Shown in pieces: positions 1 to 8,680 of a DNA stretch of 64,000 bases (its first letter is position 1; every line of letters starts with the position of its first letter). The notes beneath the pieces were generated by a model. That model was not told the origin of the DNA. It ran no database searches and saw only the letters and a list, made by a program, of their open reading frames with translations. Both the position numbers and the translations under genes were made by a program. The stretch spans positions 391 through 64,390 of the forward strand of contig JBDHUS010000001.1 in NCBI GenBank assembly GCA_039809325.1. The letters are read 5' to 3'. This DNA comes from Minisyncoccia bacterium. Its GTDB lineage: Bacteria > Patescibacteriota > Minisyncoccia > Phycocordibacterales > UBA5272.

Positions 1-401
1 TTTTTTTCTGTTTCTTCAATCTTTTTTTCTTTTTCTATTTCTCTTTTATACTTCTTTAAATGATCCCAAAAATGTGGTACAGCTTTTTTATCTTTTACAA
101 CTTCTTCCATAAATTTATTCCTACTTTTAGCATAAATTTTATCAGAATAAGAAGAAATTTTTGCTACTAACATAACCCACCAGTGTAATATATTCCTATA
201 TATAATTTTAACAGAATAAAATATTTTTTTAATAAAAATTCTAAGAATAGCAAAAAATTTATTCAAAAAAACTTCATGTCCATCATATGATGGATTATAT
301 TTTTCTGGATATGTATTTAAAAAAGACATTCTAATTCTAACTATTAAAAATGCTGTTAGAAATAATACTGATGAAATTATCAAATAAGTATAAAATAACA
401 T
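1..401 (-). CDS. partial ORF of a hypothetical membrane protein; N-terminus at 401 and the ORF stays open to the window start
   Basis: Manual translation of the minus strand from the ATG at 399-401 stays open for 133 codons to position 2 (MLFYTYLIISSVLFLTAFLIV...HWW...HFWDH). The N-terminus is hydrophobic. It is absent from the ORF track because no stop lies inside the window. Confidence 0.3.
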   Translation of the reverse strand, partial: MLFYTYLIISSVLFLTAFLIVRIRMSFLNTYPEKYNPSYDGHEVFLNKFFAILRIFIKKIFYSVKIIYRNILHWWVMLVAKISSYSDKIYAKSRNKFMEEVVKDKKAVPHFWDHLKKYKREIEKEKKIEETEK

Positions 402-440
402 AAGATTTAAATCGTTAAGACTTTAGTCTTCGTAATTTTG

Positions 441-914
441 TTAGATACCATATCTAACAAAATTTCTAATTTGTGTATTTTCTCCAAATTTTTGTATTGC
501 TGCTTCAATTTTTTGTTCAATGGTTTGTGAAGGGTCTTTTATAAAAGACTGTTTAAGTAGTGCTGTATCCTCCCCTTCTTCATCTTCATTATTTATAGAG
601 GTAGGATTCATTGCTACTATATGAAATGCGATATCATTTGCTAAAGCTTTAAATTCTTCATTTTTAGCAACAAAATCTGTCTCACACATAAGCTCAACCA
701 TTGCTGCTGCAGTTCCTCCACCATATATATAAACCCCTATAACGCCAGCCCCTAATTCCCTATTCATCTTTTTAGCTGCCGCTTCTTTTGCTTTTAATGA
801 AAGTATTTCCAAAGCTTTAATTTTATCTCCATTAGAATCTTCTAATGCTTTCTTTATTTCAGAGAGAGAAAGTCCTGTTTCATCTCTCAATTCTTTAATT
901 ATTTCTGTATTCAT
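441..914 (-). CDS. tsf: elongation factor Ts (short form)
   Basis: 157 aa. The N-terminal UBA-like motif (LRDETGLSLSEIKKALE) and the core motif CETDFVAKN match EF-Ts. It lies immediately downstream of rpsB, the classic rpsB-tsf operon. Confidence 0.9.
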   Translation of the reverse strand: MNTEIIKELRDETGLSLSEIKKALEDSNGDKIKALEILSLKAKEAAAKKMNRELGAGVIGVYIYGGGTAAAMVELMCETDFVAKNEEFKALANDIAFHIVAMNPTSINNEDEEGEDTALLKQSFIKDPSQTIEQKIEAAIQKFGENTQIRNFVRYGI

Positions 915-937
915 AGTTTATATTTTTATTTTAAAAA

Positions 938-1612
938 TTAAATATTATTTTTAATAATATTTAAAATAGTTTCTACTGACGACTTTGATGAATCATTACA
1001 AATGATAGGATATTCTATAGTTGATATGTCGCAATCTGTATTAGATAATGATATTACAGGAATATGTGCTATAGCTGCTTCCCTAACTGGAATTACTTCA
1101 TGTTTTGAATCAATAACTACAATAGCTCCAGGTAAAGAGGTTAATCCTGTTAAACCGCCAAAATTTTTATCTAATTTTTCTAATTCTCTTTGCATTAAAA
1201 GTTGTTCTTTTTTTGTAAATTTTACCCACTCTCCTCTGTCTTTAGCATCAATCATATTTTGTAATTTTTCTACTCTTTTTTTAATTTGAGGAAAATTTGT
1301 AATAGATCCACCAATAAATCTATTAACTATATATGGCTCCCCTAAAGATAAAGCTATTTCTTTTACAGATTGAATAATCTCTGGTTTTTCACCAATAAAA
1401 ATAATTCTCTTTTTTTGCTCTCTTAATGATTTCAAGAAAGAAACTGCTTCTTTAATTTGATTTTTAGTTTGTTCAAGATCAATAATATCTACACCATTTT
1501 GAGTAGTATAAATTGATTTTTTGGTAGAAGGATGACGTCTAGTCTTTTGATAGCCATATCCTACACCAGCTTTTGCTAAATCTTCTATTTTGATATTTTC
1601 TATATCTGCCAT
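938..1612 (-). CDS. rpsB: 30S ribosomal protein S2
   Basis: 224 aa with uS2 signatures (GVGYGYQKTRRHPS, IIDLEQT, KRIIFIG). Confidence 0.95.
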   Translation of the reverse strand: MADIENIKIEDLAKAGVGYGYQKTRRHPSTKKSIYTTQNGVDIIDLEQTKNQIKEAVSFLKSLREQKKRIIFIGEKPEIIQSVKEIALSLGEPYIVNRFIGGSITNFPQIKKRVEKLQNMIDAKDRGEWVKFTKKEQLLMQRELEKLDKNFGGLTGLTSLPGAIVVIDSKHEVIPVREAAIAHIPVISLSNTDCDISTIEYPIICNDSSKSSVETILNIIKNNI

Positions 1613-1703
1613 ATTTTGTATAATAAATTAATAATATATATTTAAAAAGTCTATATATCTTACCAAATTTTTTAAATTTTAGCAAGATATATAATTTTTA
1701 AAT

Positions 1704-3050
1704 TTACTCACCATATTGTTTTAGATAATCAATTTTATCTTGAATTCCTGCTACTCTATTCATAACTTGAGTACCATATGAACAAGAACTTCCTCCTGTA
1801 CCATAATACTTACAAGCTGCCTTTACTTGTGATGAATATGAATTTGTAGCTCCTAATTGTGATAAATAATATGAAGAAGCTGTGATGGCATCTCTAGCAT
1901 TCCAAGGATTTGAAACTCCCGCTCTACTCTCTACTGAAAGCCAAGTAGAAGCAATAAACTGAGCTGGCCCCATAGCTCCACCATATCCTCCAGCTGATGG
2001 TATGGGACAAGATACTACAGTAGTTAGCGGATCAAGTCCAAGTCTCTTTGTTATAGCAATAAAAGGTTCTAGATCTCTCGTTGGCTTCATTACATTATTG
2101 TATTGTGTTTTAGTATTTATATTATATCCTGCACCACTTTCAAGATCTGACAAATAACATTTCCCTACATTTGCTCCAAGTGCTGATTCTTGAGTTAAGA
2201 TAGCAAGCACAAGTGCTGCTGGTACTCCTGTTTGATTTTCAGCTTGTTCTGCATATTTAAGAGCATCTCCAAAAGGTATTGCTTTTGTCTCTCCTCCAGC
2301 AAAACTAAATAATGCTGCTCTAATATCTGCTGCTTTTTTTTGCATTTTAACAAGTTCTTTTTTATACTCTTCTTCTTTTCCTTGTGTCTCTTTAAGAAGA
2401 GTATTTTTCTTTGCTTTATTATTATCTATTTTTGTTTGTACTGCCTTTTGTTCATTTTTAAGAGCTATTTGACTATCTTTATTATCTTCTAAGGAAGATT
2501 TCACTTTATTAACTTCATTTGAAGTTAATTTTATTTTATTTACATCTTCACTAACAGAAGATTGAAAAGCTACTATTTTATCTGCTTCTGTAAAAAATTC
2601 AGATATAGTCTTTTTGTCAAGTAAAAGATTTATAAAATTATTCGTTCCGTCAAAGAAATACATATTTCGAAGAGCATTTGATAAAGCAATTTTTTGTTTA
2701 TCTAAAGTGTTTGATAAATCATTTAATTCTATATTTTTATTCACTATTTGACTATTTAATAAAGATATATTTCCATCAATCTTTTTGATTTCTAATTTTT
2801 TCTCATCTATTTGAGCTTGTAGAAGCTTAATTTCTTTAGATAAAGTATTTTTTTCTTTTTCTGTAGAAGATATAATTTTTTGTTGCTCTAACATTAATTT
2901 ATCTAGATCAGCTAAATCTTTTAGTAATCTTATTTTTTTCTCTTCTTCTGTTTCAGCAAAAGTATTTTTTATACTTAAAAAAGAGAAAGGTATAATTAAA
3001 ATAAAAAAGGATAATATTATATATCTCTTATACTTATTTAAAAAACTCAT
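1704..3050 (-). CDS. secreted coiled-coil protein with a C-terminal lytic transglycosylase (SLT_2/MltB-like) domain
   Basis: N-terminal signal/TM segment, then a long heptad-rich K/E/L region. The C-terminus carries QESALG...GAMGPAQFIASTW, which resembles the GPMQF(M/I)PSTW motif of SLT_2 transglycosylases. Confidence 0.55.
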   Translation of the reverse strand: MSFLNKYKRYIILSFFILIIPFSFLSIKNTFAETEEEKKIRLLKDLADLDKLMLEQQKIISSTEKEKNTLSKEIKLLQAQIDEKKLEIKKIDGNISLLNSQIVNKNIELNDLSNTLDKQKIALSNALRNMYFFDGTNNFINLLLDKKTISEFFTEADKIVAFQSSVSEDVNKIKLTSNEVNKVKSSLEDNKDSQIALKNEQKAVQTKIDNNKAKKNTLLKETQGKEEEYKKELVKMQKKAADIRAALFSFAGGETKAIPFGDALKYAEQAENQTGVPAALVLAILTQESALGANVGKCYLSDLESGAGYNINTKTQYNNVMKPTRDLEPFIAITKRLGLDPLTTVVSCPIPSAGGYGGAMGPAQFIASTWLSVESRAGVSNPWNARDAITASSYYLSQLGATNSYSSQVKAACKYYGTGGSSCSYGTQVMNRVAGIQDKIDYLKQYGE

Positions 3051-3164
3051 ATAAGATAATTATATCATATACAAATAATTAAAAATATTAACTTAACTTT
3101 ACTTAACACTCAATCAAAAAAACACTTTTATAAAAAAGTGTTTTTTTGATGAAATATATAGAAT

Positions 3165-3782
3165 TTATTCTTGAGTTTCTTCCTTTTTTCCTTTTTCTGC
3201 TACTTCAATATTTGAAATATCGCTTTCTATTGGCGCTGAGAGATCTTCTTCTTTTGCTATAGAGGTAGAAGCTACAACTTCATCTTCATCTACATGATAC
3301 AATTTTACACCTGCTGGAAGTTTAATATCTTTTACTAAAATTACAGATTCAGCAGTAGTAAGTAATGATAAATCAACCTCTAAAGAGTGAGGTAAATGCG
3401 CCGCATCTGCTTCTATATGAAGATCATGCATAACTTTTGCAAGAGTTCCACCGTGAGTTTTAACACCTTCTGAAATCCCTATAAATTCTAATGGTACTTT
3501 TGCATCTATTTTTGCACCTTTTTCTACAATATAAAAATCAACATGTATAGGAACATATTTTACAGGATCATAAGAAACATCCTGAACTAAAGCTTGAATC
3601 TTTTTTTCTTCTCCCTCTAAAGAAATAATAGAGGATTGCCTAGCTTCTCTATAAACTTTCATAAAATCTATAGCATTAACAAAAATAGGAGTAGCTTTCT
3701 CTTTTGTTCCATAGTATACAGCCTTAAGCATATCTTCTTTTCTTTCTCCTTTTTCTCTTTTTGTAAAATTTAACGATAACAT
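3165..3782 (-). CDS. rplY: 50S ribosomal protein L25 / general stress protein Ctc
   Basis: 205 aa. The bL25 N-domain (KAVYYG...IPIHVDF, KLPAGVKL) is followed by an acidic Ctc-type C-terminal extension. Confidence 0.85.
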   Translation of the reverse strand: MLSLNFTKREKGERKEDMLKAVYYGTKEKATPIFVNAIDFMKVYREARQSSIISLEGEEKKIQALVQDVSYDPVKYVPIHVDFYIVEKGAKIDAKVPLEFIGISEGVKTHGGTLAKVMHDLHIEADAAHLPHSLEVDLSLLTTAESVILVKDIKLPAGVKLYHVDEDEVVASTSIAKEEDLSAPIESDISNIEVAEKGKKEETQE

Positions 3783-3819
3783 ATATTTATATTTAATAAT
3801 TAATACTATAAAAACAAAA

Positions 3820-3975
3820 TTACTTCTTAGTTTCTTTCATTATTACATGTTTACGAAGTTTTTTATCAAATTTTTTAAGTTCAATCTTTCTCGTGACTAG
3901 CTTTTTGTTTTTTTTTGTATAATAAGTTGTGCCTGTAGCTTTGTTTACAAGTTTAATTAATTTATCTTGAGCCAT
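3820..3975 (-). CDS. rpmG: 50S ribosomal protein L33 (Cys-less variant); below the 60-aa cutoff of the ORF track
   Basis: Manual translation gives MAQDKLIKLVNKATGTTYYTKKNKKLVTRKIELKKFDKKLRKHVIMKETKK (51 aa). This matches the bL33 pattern (IKLV...T...YYTTKNKK......KLEL.KFD...RKHV...E.K). Confidence 0.75.
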   Translation of the reverse strand: MAQDKLIKLVNKATGTTYYTKKNKKLVTRKIELKKFDKKLRKHVIMKETKK

Positions 3976-4056
3976 AATTTTATTAATAAATGATTAATGA
4001 AATATACTATATTTTTTACTTTTTTGCAAATAATTAAAGTAAAACTATAATAATAA

Positions 4057-5499
4057 TTAAAAATCAAACCTACTCTCTAAATACTTATCTAAATCTATAA
4101 TCTTCACTCTTTCCTGCTCCATAGTATCTCTATCACGGACTGTCACTGACTCATCACTCACACTATCGTAGTCAAAAGTTATACAATATGGAGTCCCTAT
4201 CTCATCTTGTCTTCTATATCTTTTTCCAATACTTCCAGAAATATCAAATTCTGCAAAATACTTTTTTGATAAATCTTTCCAGATCTTGCGAGCCGGCTCT
4301 AATAATTCTTCTTTTTTAAATAGTGGAAATACTGCTACTTTTACCGGAGAAAGCCTTTTATCTAATTTCAATACTACTCTCTCTTCTGTATTACTATTTT
4401 TATCTTGCAATTTTTCTTTTGTATATGCATTATCTATAAAAGCAAGCATCATGCGAGCAACTCCAACTGAAGTTTCTACAATGTGAGGAATAAATCTTTC
4501 ACGAGTAATTTCATCAAAATATGTTAAATCCTTCCCAGAAAATTTTTGATGTTGTGATAAATCCCAATCTCCTCTAGCATGAATTCCTTCTAATTCTTTT
4601 GGATCTCCACCCAACATTTTATATTTATACTCAATATCATATGCATCACTAGCATAATGAGCTAATTTTTCATGCTTATACCAATTAAGACTATCTTTTT
4701 CAATCCCATATTCTAAATAAAAATTCCATCTATATTTTTTCCACTCATTAAAATATTCTTCTGTGGTGTTACCGTCTGCGGAAACTGGATTAAAAAAATA
4801 CTGCATTTCCATTTGTTCAAATTCTCTTGTTCTAAAAATAAATTGTTTTGTTACTATTTCATTTCTAAAAGCTTTTCCAATTTGGGCTATACCAAAAGGA
4901 AGTTTTGGGTGTAAAGAGTCTAATGTATTTTTATACTCTAAATAAATTCCTCCACAAGTTTCTGGTCTTAAATATACAACATTTTCTTCATTAAGAGCTT
5001 CTGTTGGAGAACCAAGATTACTTTTTACCATTAAAGAAAATATTTTTGCTTCTGTTAATTCTGCTTTGCCACAATTTGCACATATTAATTTTTTTTCTAA
5101 TCCTAATTTGTCTAATTCTTTATTTATAAAGTCTAAAGAAGCTTTATCAGCATTTATATCAAAACTCTCTAAGATATGATCTGCTCGAAATCTCATTTTA
5201 CAATTCTTGCAATCTATTTGTGGGTCATTAAAGGTATCAATATGACCGGAAGCTTTCCAGGTTGTAGGATGCATAAATATTCCAGAGTCGAGAGCTAAAA
5301 CATCGTCTCTTTCTTGAATCATGCTTTTCATCCAAGCATCTTTAATATTTTTTAAAAGTAAATATCCATAATGTCCATAATCATAAACACCATTAAATCC
5401 TCCGTATATTTCACTTGAAGGATACACAAATCCCCTACTCTTTAGAAAAGCAATCATTTCTATCATTAAATTATTTTCTTCTTTTTTCTTTTCTGACAT
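4057..5499 (-). CDS. glyQS: glycine--tRNA ligase (class II, dimeric GlyQS type)
   Basis: 480 aa. The N-terminal motif IYGGFNGVYDYGHYG and class II aaRS motifs are typical of alpha2 GlyRS. Confidence 0.9.
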   Translation of the reverse strand: MSEKKKEENNLMIEMIAFLKSRGFVYPSSEIYGGFNGVYDYGHYGYLLLKNIKDAWMKSMIQERDDVLALDSGIFMHPTTWKASGHIDTFNDPQIDCKNCKMRFRADHILESFDINADKASLDFINKELDKLGLEKKLICANCGKAELTEAKIFSLMVKSNLGSPTEALNEENVVYLRPETCGGIYLEYKNTLDSLHPKLPFGIAQIGKAFRNEIVTKQFIFRTREFEQMEMQYFFNPVSADGNTTEEYFNEWKKYRWNFYLEYGIEKDSLNWYKHEKLAHYASDAYDIEYKYKMLGGDPKELEGIHARGDWDLSQHQKFSGKDLTYFDEITRERFIPHIVETSVGVARMMLAFIDNAYTKEKLQDKNSNTEERVVLKLDKRLSPVKVAVFPLFKKEELLEPARKIWKDLSKKYFAEFDISGSIGKRYRRQDEIGTPYCITFDYDSVSDESVTVRDRDTMEQERVKIIDLDKYLESRFDF

Positions 5500-5508
5500 A
5501 TATATTCT

Positions 5509-5799
5509 TTAATTAAAAAAGCTTGTTATAAATTTATATATTGATGATGCTGAATATATTATCACAAGGCCAAGAAGCCCCCAAAGCATATGATTTCTAC
5601 CTTTTATAACATCATCACCATGATTTTTAGCTTTAGCATATAAAAATACAAATACCCCCCATAAAAACCACACAAAAGCAAGAGCTGAAACAACATATAT
5701 AAGAGGATTTACAAATTCTGCAATTATTACATTAACGGTTTTATCTATTATTTCCATGTTTTTAATAATATAAAATATTATATCATAAATCAAAATCAC
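5509..5799 (-). CDS. small membrane protein carrying the two-helix pilin-like (VirB2/TrbC-like) module
   Basis: 96 aa. Two hydrophobic helices are separated by a charged loop (FLWGVFVFLYAKAKNHGDD...HMLWGLLGLVII). The module is shared with the 5851, 7649 and 8662 genes. Confidence 0.4.
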   Translation of the reverse strand: MILIYDIIFYIIKNMEIIDKTVNVIIAEFVNPLIYVVSALAFVWFLWGVFVFLYAKAKNHGDDVIKGRNHMLWGLLGLVIIYSASSIYKFITSFFN

Positions 5800-5850
5800 T
5801 ATTCTTAGAATAGTGATTTTGATTATTTAGATAATCTTAATAATTATTCC

Positions 5851-6477
5851 CTATCTAATAGGTAAAACTGGAGCATTTACCTGCACATTTGGATTGATTC
5901 CTATAAAGTCTCCAAAAAATGCAATAATCCCCCATAATGTAACCATTATAAATATAGCAATTAAAGAATACATCATGTTTTGAAGAGCCTCTTTTCTTTT
6001 TCCTGCATCATTCTTACCTTTAATTAAATACATTATTAAGAACCAGAAGAAGAATACTACACCTAATCCTAAAAGGATCGGTGGAAGTAATCTTACAATT
6101 CCTCCAATTCCTCCAATAAGATTACTAAAAAAAGATAAGTCTGCTTGATTTGCTCCCATTTGTCTTTGATAACTACCTTGTGTATATGATGGACCTCCTT
6201 GTGCTCCACCTGTACCATTTGGTTGACACATTGGTTGTCCATTTACATTTACAAGTGTATAACCTTGTTGACATGTTGGAATACCTGTTTGGCCTTGTTG
6301 CCCCGGTTGTCCAGTTGTACTACCACCTCCGACAGGAATACATACTCCACCAGAGATTTGTCCTGGTCCTCCATTTGCAGTAACACAAACTTGCTGTGCA
6401 GAAACACCTGAAAATGAGAATATGAAAGCAAAAGCTATCAATAATACAATAACATTTTTATTAATAAAGTTTTTCAT
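5851..6477 (-). CDS. secreted Gly/Gln/Cys-rich protein with a C-terminal two-helix pilin-like membrane module
   Basis: Signal peptide, then a G/Q-rich region with 4 Cys, then TM1-loop-TM2 (KEALQNMMYSLIAIFIMVTLWGIIAF). This is similar to KEFMMWGLISLFVMVSVWGIIKL in the 7649 gene. Confidence 0.45.
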   Translation of the reverse strand: MKNFINKNVIVLLIAFAFIFSFSGVSAQQVCVTANGGPGQISGGVCIPVGGGSTTGQPGQQGQTGIPTCQQGYTLVNVNGQPMCQPNGTGGAQGGPSYTQGSYQRQMGANQADLSFFSNLIGGIGGIVRLLPPILLGLGVVFFFWFLIMYLIKGKNDAGKRKEALQNMMYSLIAIFIMVTLWGIIAFFGDFIGINPNVQVNAPVLPIR

Positions 6478-6703
6478 AATTTTTATATTAATATAATTAT
6501 AATTTTAAGATTATCTTTCTAAATAACCTATGCATAAATTATAGCATTAAAAATGCTATTGCAATATAATTATTCACAATTAAAAATAGCCGCCAACTCG
6601 ACACAATCTTATATCAAAACCGTTGATATCGTCATGTGTTTTGTCATATGACGATATGTTATTTTAATATATATTGTGTGAATTAGCGACTAGTGAAGCC
6701 TGC

Positions 6704-6982
6704 CTATTTTGTCTTTTTCTTGCTTTTGTCCTCTTTAGTACCTAAAAGTACTACAAGGACAAACCAAATTGCTAAAATTATAATTCCTAATCTGAATATT
6801 CCATTCCATGGAATATGGCTAAGAAAATGATTAAAGAAACTTTGGAGTCCGCTGGATTGCAACCTGCCCGAGAACATAGAAATAAAGAAGATTGCCAAAA
6901 AAAATAGCGGAAAACCTACATACACAAAAGATTCTTTAATAGCTTCTTTTGGTGTGATTTCATCCTTTTTTTTGTCTGCCAT
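6704..6982 (-). CDS. hypothetical small membrane protein
   Basis: 92 aa ORF with two predicted TM helices and a Lys-rich C-terminus. Confidence 0.3.
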   Translation of the reverse strand: MADKKKDEITPKEAIKESFVYVGFPLFFLAIFFISMFSGRLQSSGLQSFFNHFLSHIPWNGIFRLGIIILAIWFVLVVLLGTKEDKSKKKTK

Positions 6983-6998
6983 TTTTACAGTTTTAAGG

Positions 6999-7313
6999 TT
7001 AAGATTTTTTTTCTTCTTTTTTTTCTTCTTTTGGTTTTGAGTCTTTCATAACTGAAACCAAAAATACAGGCATGATGCCAATAATTAAAGTTAGAAGAGC
7101 CACTAGGGTTGCAAGCATGTTTCCACCCTTATCAAGAATTTTAGAAACAATCGCCCCTCCTACAGTAAAAACTCCAAGCATATAAAGGACTGAAGCTAGG
7201 TGCATACTTTTTGCTTGTTCAAGGTTATCTTTGTTTATTGCCATAATAAAAATTTTTAAAGCTTTAAAAAATAAATAAAGAAAACCGCTCTCCGAAATAG
7301 GCATTCGCCTCAT
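6999..7313 (-). CDS. hypothetical small membrane protein
   Basis: 104 aa ORF with two hydrophobic segments and an EEKK-rich tail. Confidence 0.3.
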   Translation of the reverse strand: MRRMPISESGFLYLFFKALKIFIMAINKDNLEQAKSMHLASVLYMLGVFTVGGAIVSKILDKGGNMLATLVALLTLIIGIMPVFLVSVMKDSKPKEEKKEEKKS

Positions 7314-7408
7314 AACAAAGAACAGCTGATATCTTTTATAGTATATACATGATTAAAAAATTTGTCAAGAATTTGTATTAGTCCGTCAGATGATAGAGTT
7401 TTTAATCT

Positions 7409-7648
7409 TTATCTATTATCTTTCATATAAAAATAGCTTTTTCCAGTAGTTCCACAATATAATCCTGATTGACACTCATCATCTTCTTTACAAGTTGCAC
7501 CTAAGGGTAATGTTATAAAATTAGAAATAACACGTATCGATTTGTTAGTCACACCTCGAAAAGTAAAATCGTTGAGAATTTTACAATTTCCACTCTCACA
7601 ATCAGAATTCTCTTTACATTCTTGACCATTAGCTTTTTTATATGCAAT
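7409..7648 (-). other. in-frame continuation after the TAA stop of the 7649..8680 gene; encodes a further Cys-rich module
   Basis: The same frame stays open for 80 codons after TAA (7649-7651): IAYKKANGQECKENSDCESGNCK...CKEDDECQSGLYCGTTGK. The motif ECQSGLYC mirrors QCVSGLYC inside the upstream protein. Confidence 0.4.
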
Positions 7649-8680
7649 TTAAGGATTAGGACAATCTTTAACCACTATTCCTGTAAAAGTTGTTTTCTGC
7701 CCTGTTTGTACTACTAAAGCCTCCCATGTTTCTTTACCAACTTCTCCATCTACACCCAATCCATTTACTTTTTGAAAATTTTTAACAAAAGCAGCATCAG
7801 CTTCATCATATGTTGTACTAAAAGTATAATTACTTGGCATACAATTATGCTTTTTTAATAAATTCTCAAGTAAGGTAAAAGCTTTTTTATCTGGTGAAGC
7901 ACCTGCTTCTAATGTAGACTTTGCTCCTATTTTAATAACTGGATATAAGTCTTTATTATCAAATACATTTTCTCTTTTTACTCCTCCAGCATCATTTTGT
8001 ATAGGACTATTTTTAGGTCTACATTGCCCTACTTCACCTTTTTTTAATGAAGCGCCTCCAGGACCTAAACAATATAATCCTGAAACACATTGTGATTTTT
8101 CTCCTTCTTGTACAACACAAGTCTCACCAGTTTTTTTAGTATTAAGAAAATCATCTTCATTACCCAAAACATTTTTTTCAGGTTTTTTCTCACCACTACC
8201 AGTACCCCCTCCACTACCTGTATTTAATGTTGCAAATCTTACAGGTTCAATAACTATTTCATTCCCTTTTATTTGAAGTAGCCCTTGTGCTAATTTTATA
8301 ATTCCCCAAACGGAAACCATAACAAAAAGAGAAATAAGTCCCCACATCATAAATTCTTTTCCTTTTTTTAATTCATTACCATCTTTTCCTTGAGCTCTAT
8401 CGTAAATAAATTTTGCAAGCCCATAAAAAAATATAACAAATGCTGCAGTCATTAAAAGAGTGCTCGCACTAGTTAATACATTATTAGTAATATTGTTTGC
8501 TACTTCTTTAAAGCTTTGACTTGCTGTGTATGCATTATCTTGTGCGAAAACTAAATTTAAATTCAAAAGAAAAATAAAAAGAAAAATAGAAATTGATTTT
8601 ATTTTTATTTTTATATTATTTATTTTCATATTTTTATTTATTAAACTTTGATTTAAAATTATTAAGGTAATATTACACAT
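7649..8680 (-). CDS. secreted protein with a pilin-like two-helix module, a Cys-rich region and a C-terminal peptidoglycan-binding-like (PG_binding_1) motif
   Basis: Signal peptide, then TM1/TM2 (FFYGLAKFIYDRAQGKDG...FMMWGLISLFVMVSVWGIIKL). The C-terminal DEADAAFVKNFQKVNGLGVDGEVGKETWEAL resembles PG_binding_1. Confidence 0.5.
   Translation of the reverse strand: MCNITLIILNQSLINKNMKINNIKIKIKSISIFLFIFLLNLNLVFAQDNAYTASQSFKEVANNITNNVLTSASTLLMTAAFVIFFYGLAKFIYDRAQGKDGNELKKGKEFMMWGLISLFVMVSVWGIIKLAQGLLQIKGNEIVIEPVRFATLNTGSGGGTGSGEKKPEKNVLGNEDDFLNTKKTGETCVVQEGEKSQCVSGLYCLGPGGASLKKGEVGQCRPKNSPIQNDAGGVKRENVFDNKDLYPVIKIGAKSTLEAGASPDKKAFTLLENLLKKHNCMPSNYTFSTTYDEADAAFVKNFQKVNGLGVDGEVGKETWEALVVQTGQKTTFTGIVVKDCPNP

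Noticed and set aside
1002-1289. Plus-strand 95-aa ORF inside rpsB and the similar antisense ORFs at 4286, 4763, 6150-6431, 9317, 12821, 13620, 15980, 16559, 22421, 22904, 24753-25052, 28376, 28707, 29782, 30860, 31532, 33163, 33704, 35522, 35787, 37653, 40863, 41770, 42852, 43052, 43587, 44111, 45707, 46174-46670, 47251, 47808, 48488, 50187-51209, 51382, 52654, 56894 and 62140-62898
   Set aside because: All are embedded antisense or out of frame within well-supported genes. They give low-complexity translations with no motifs.
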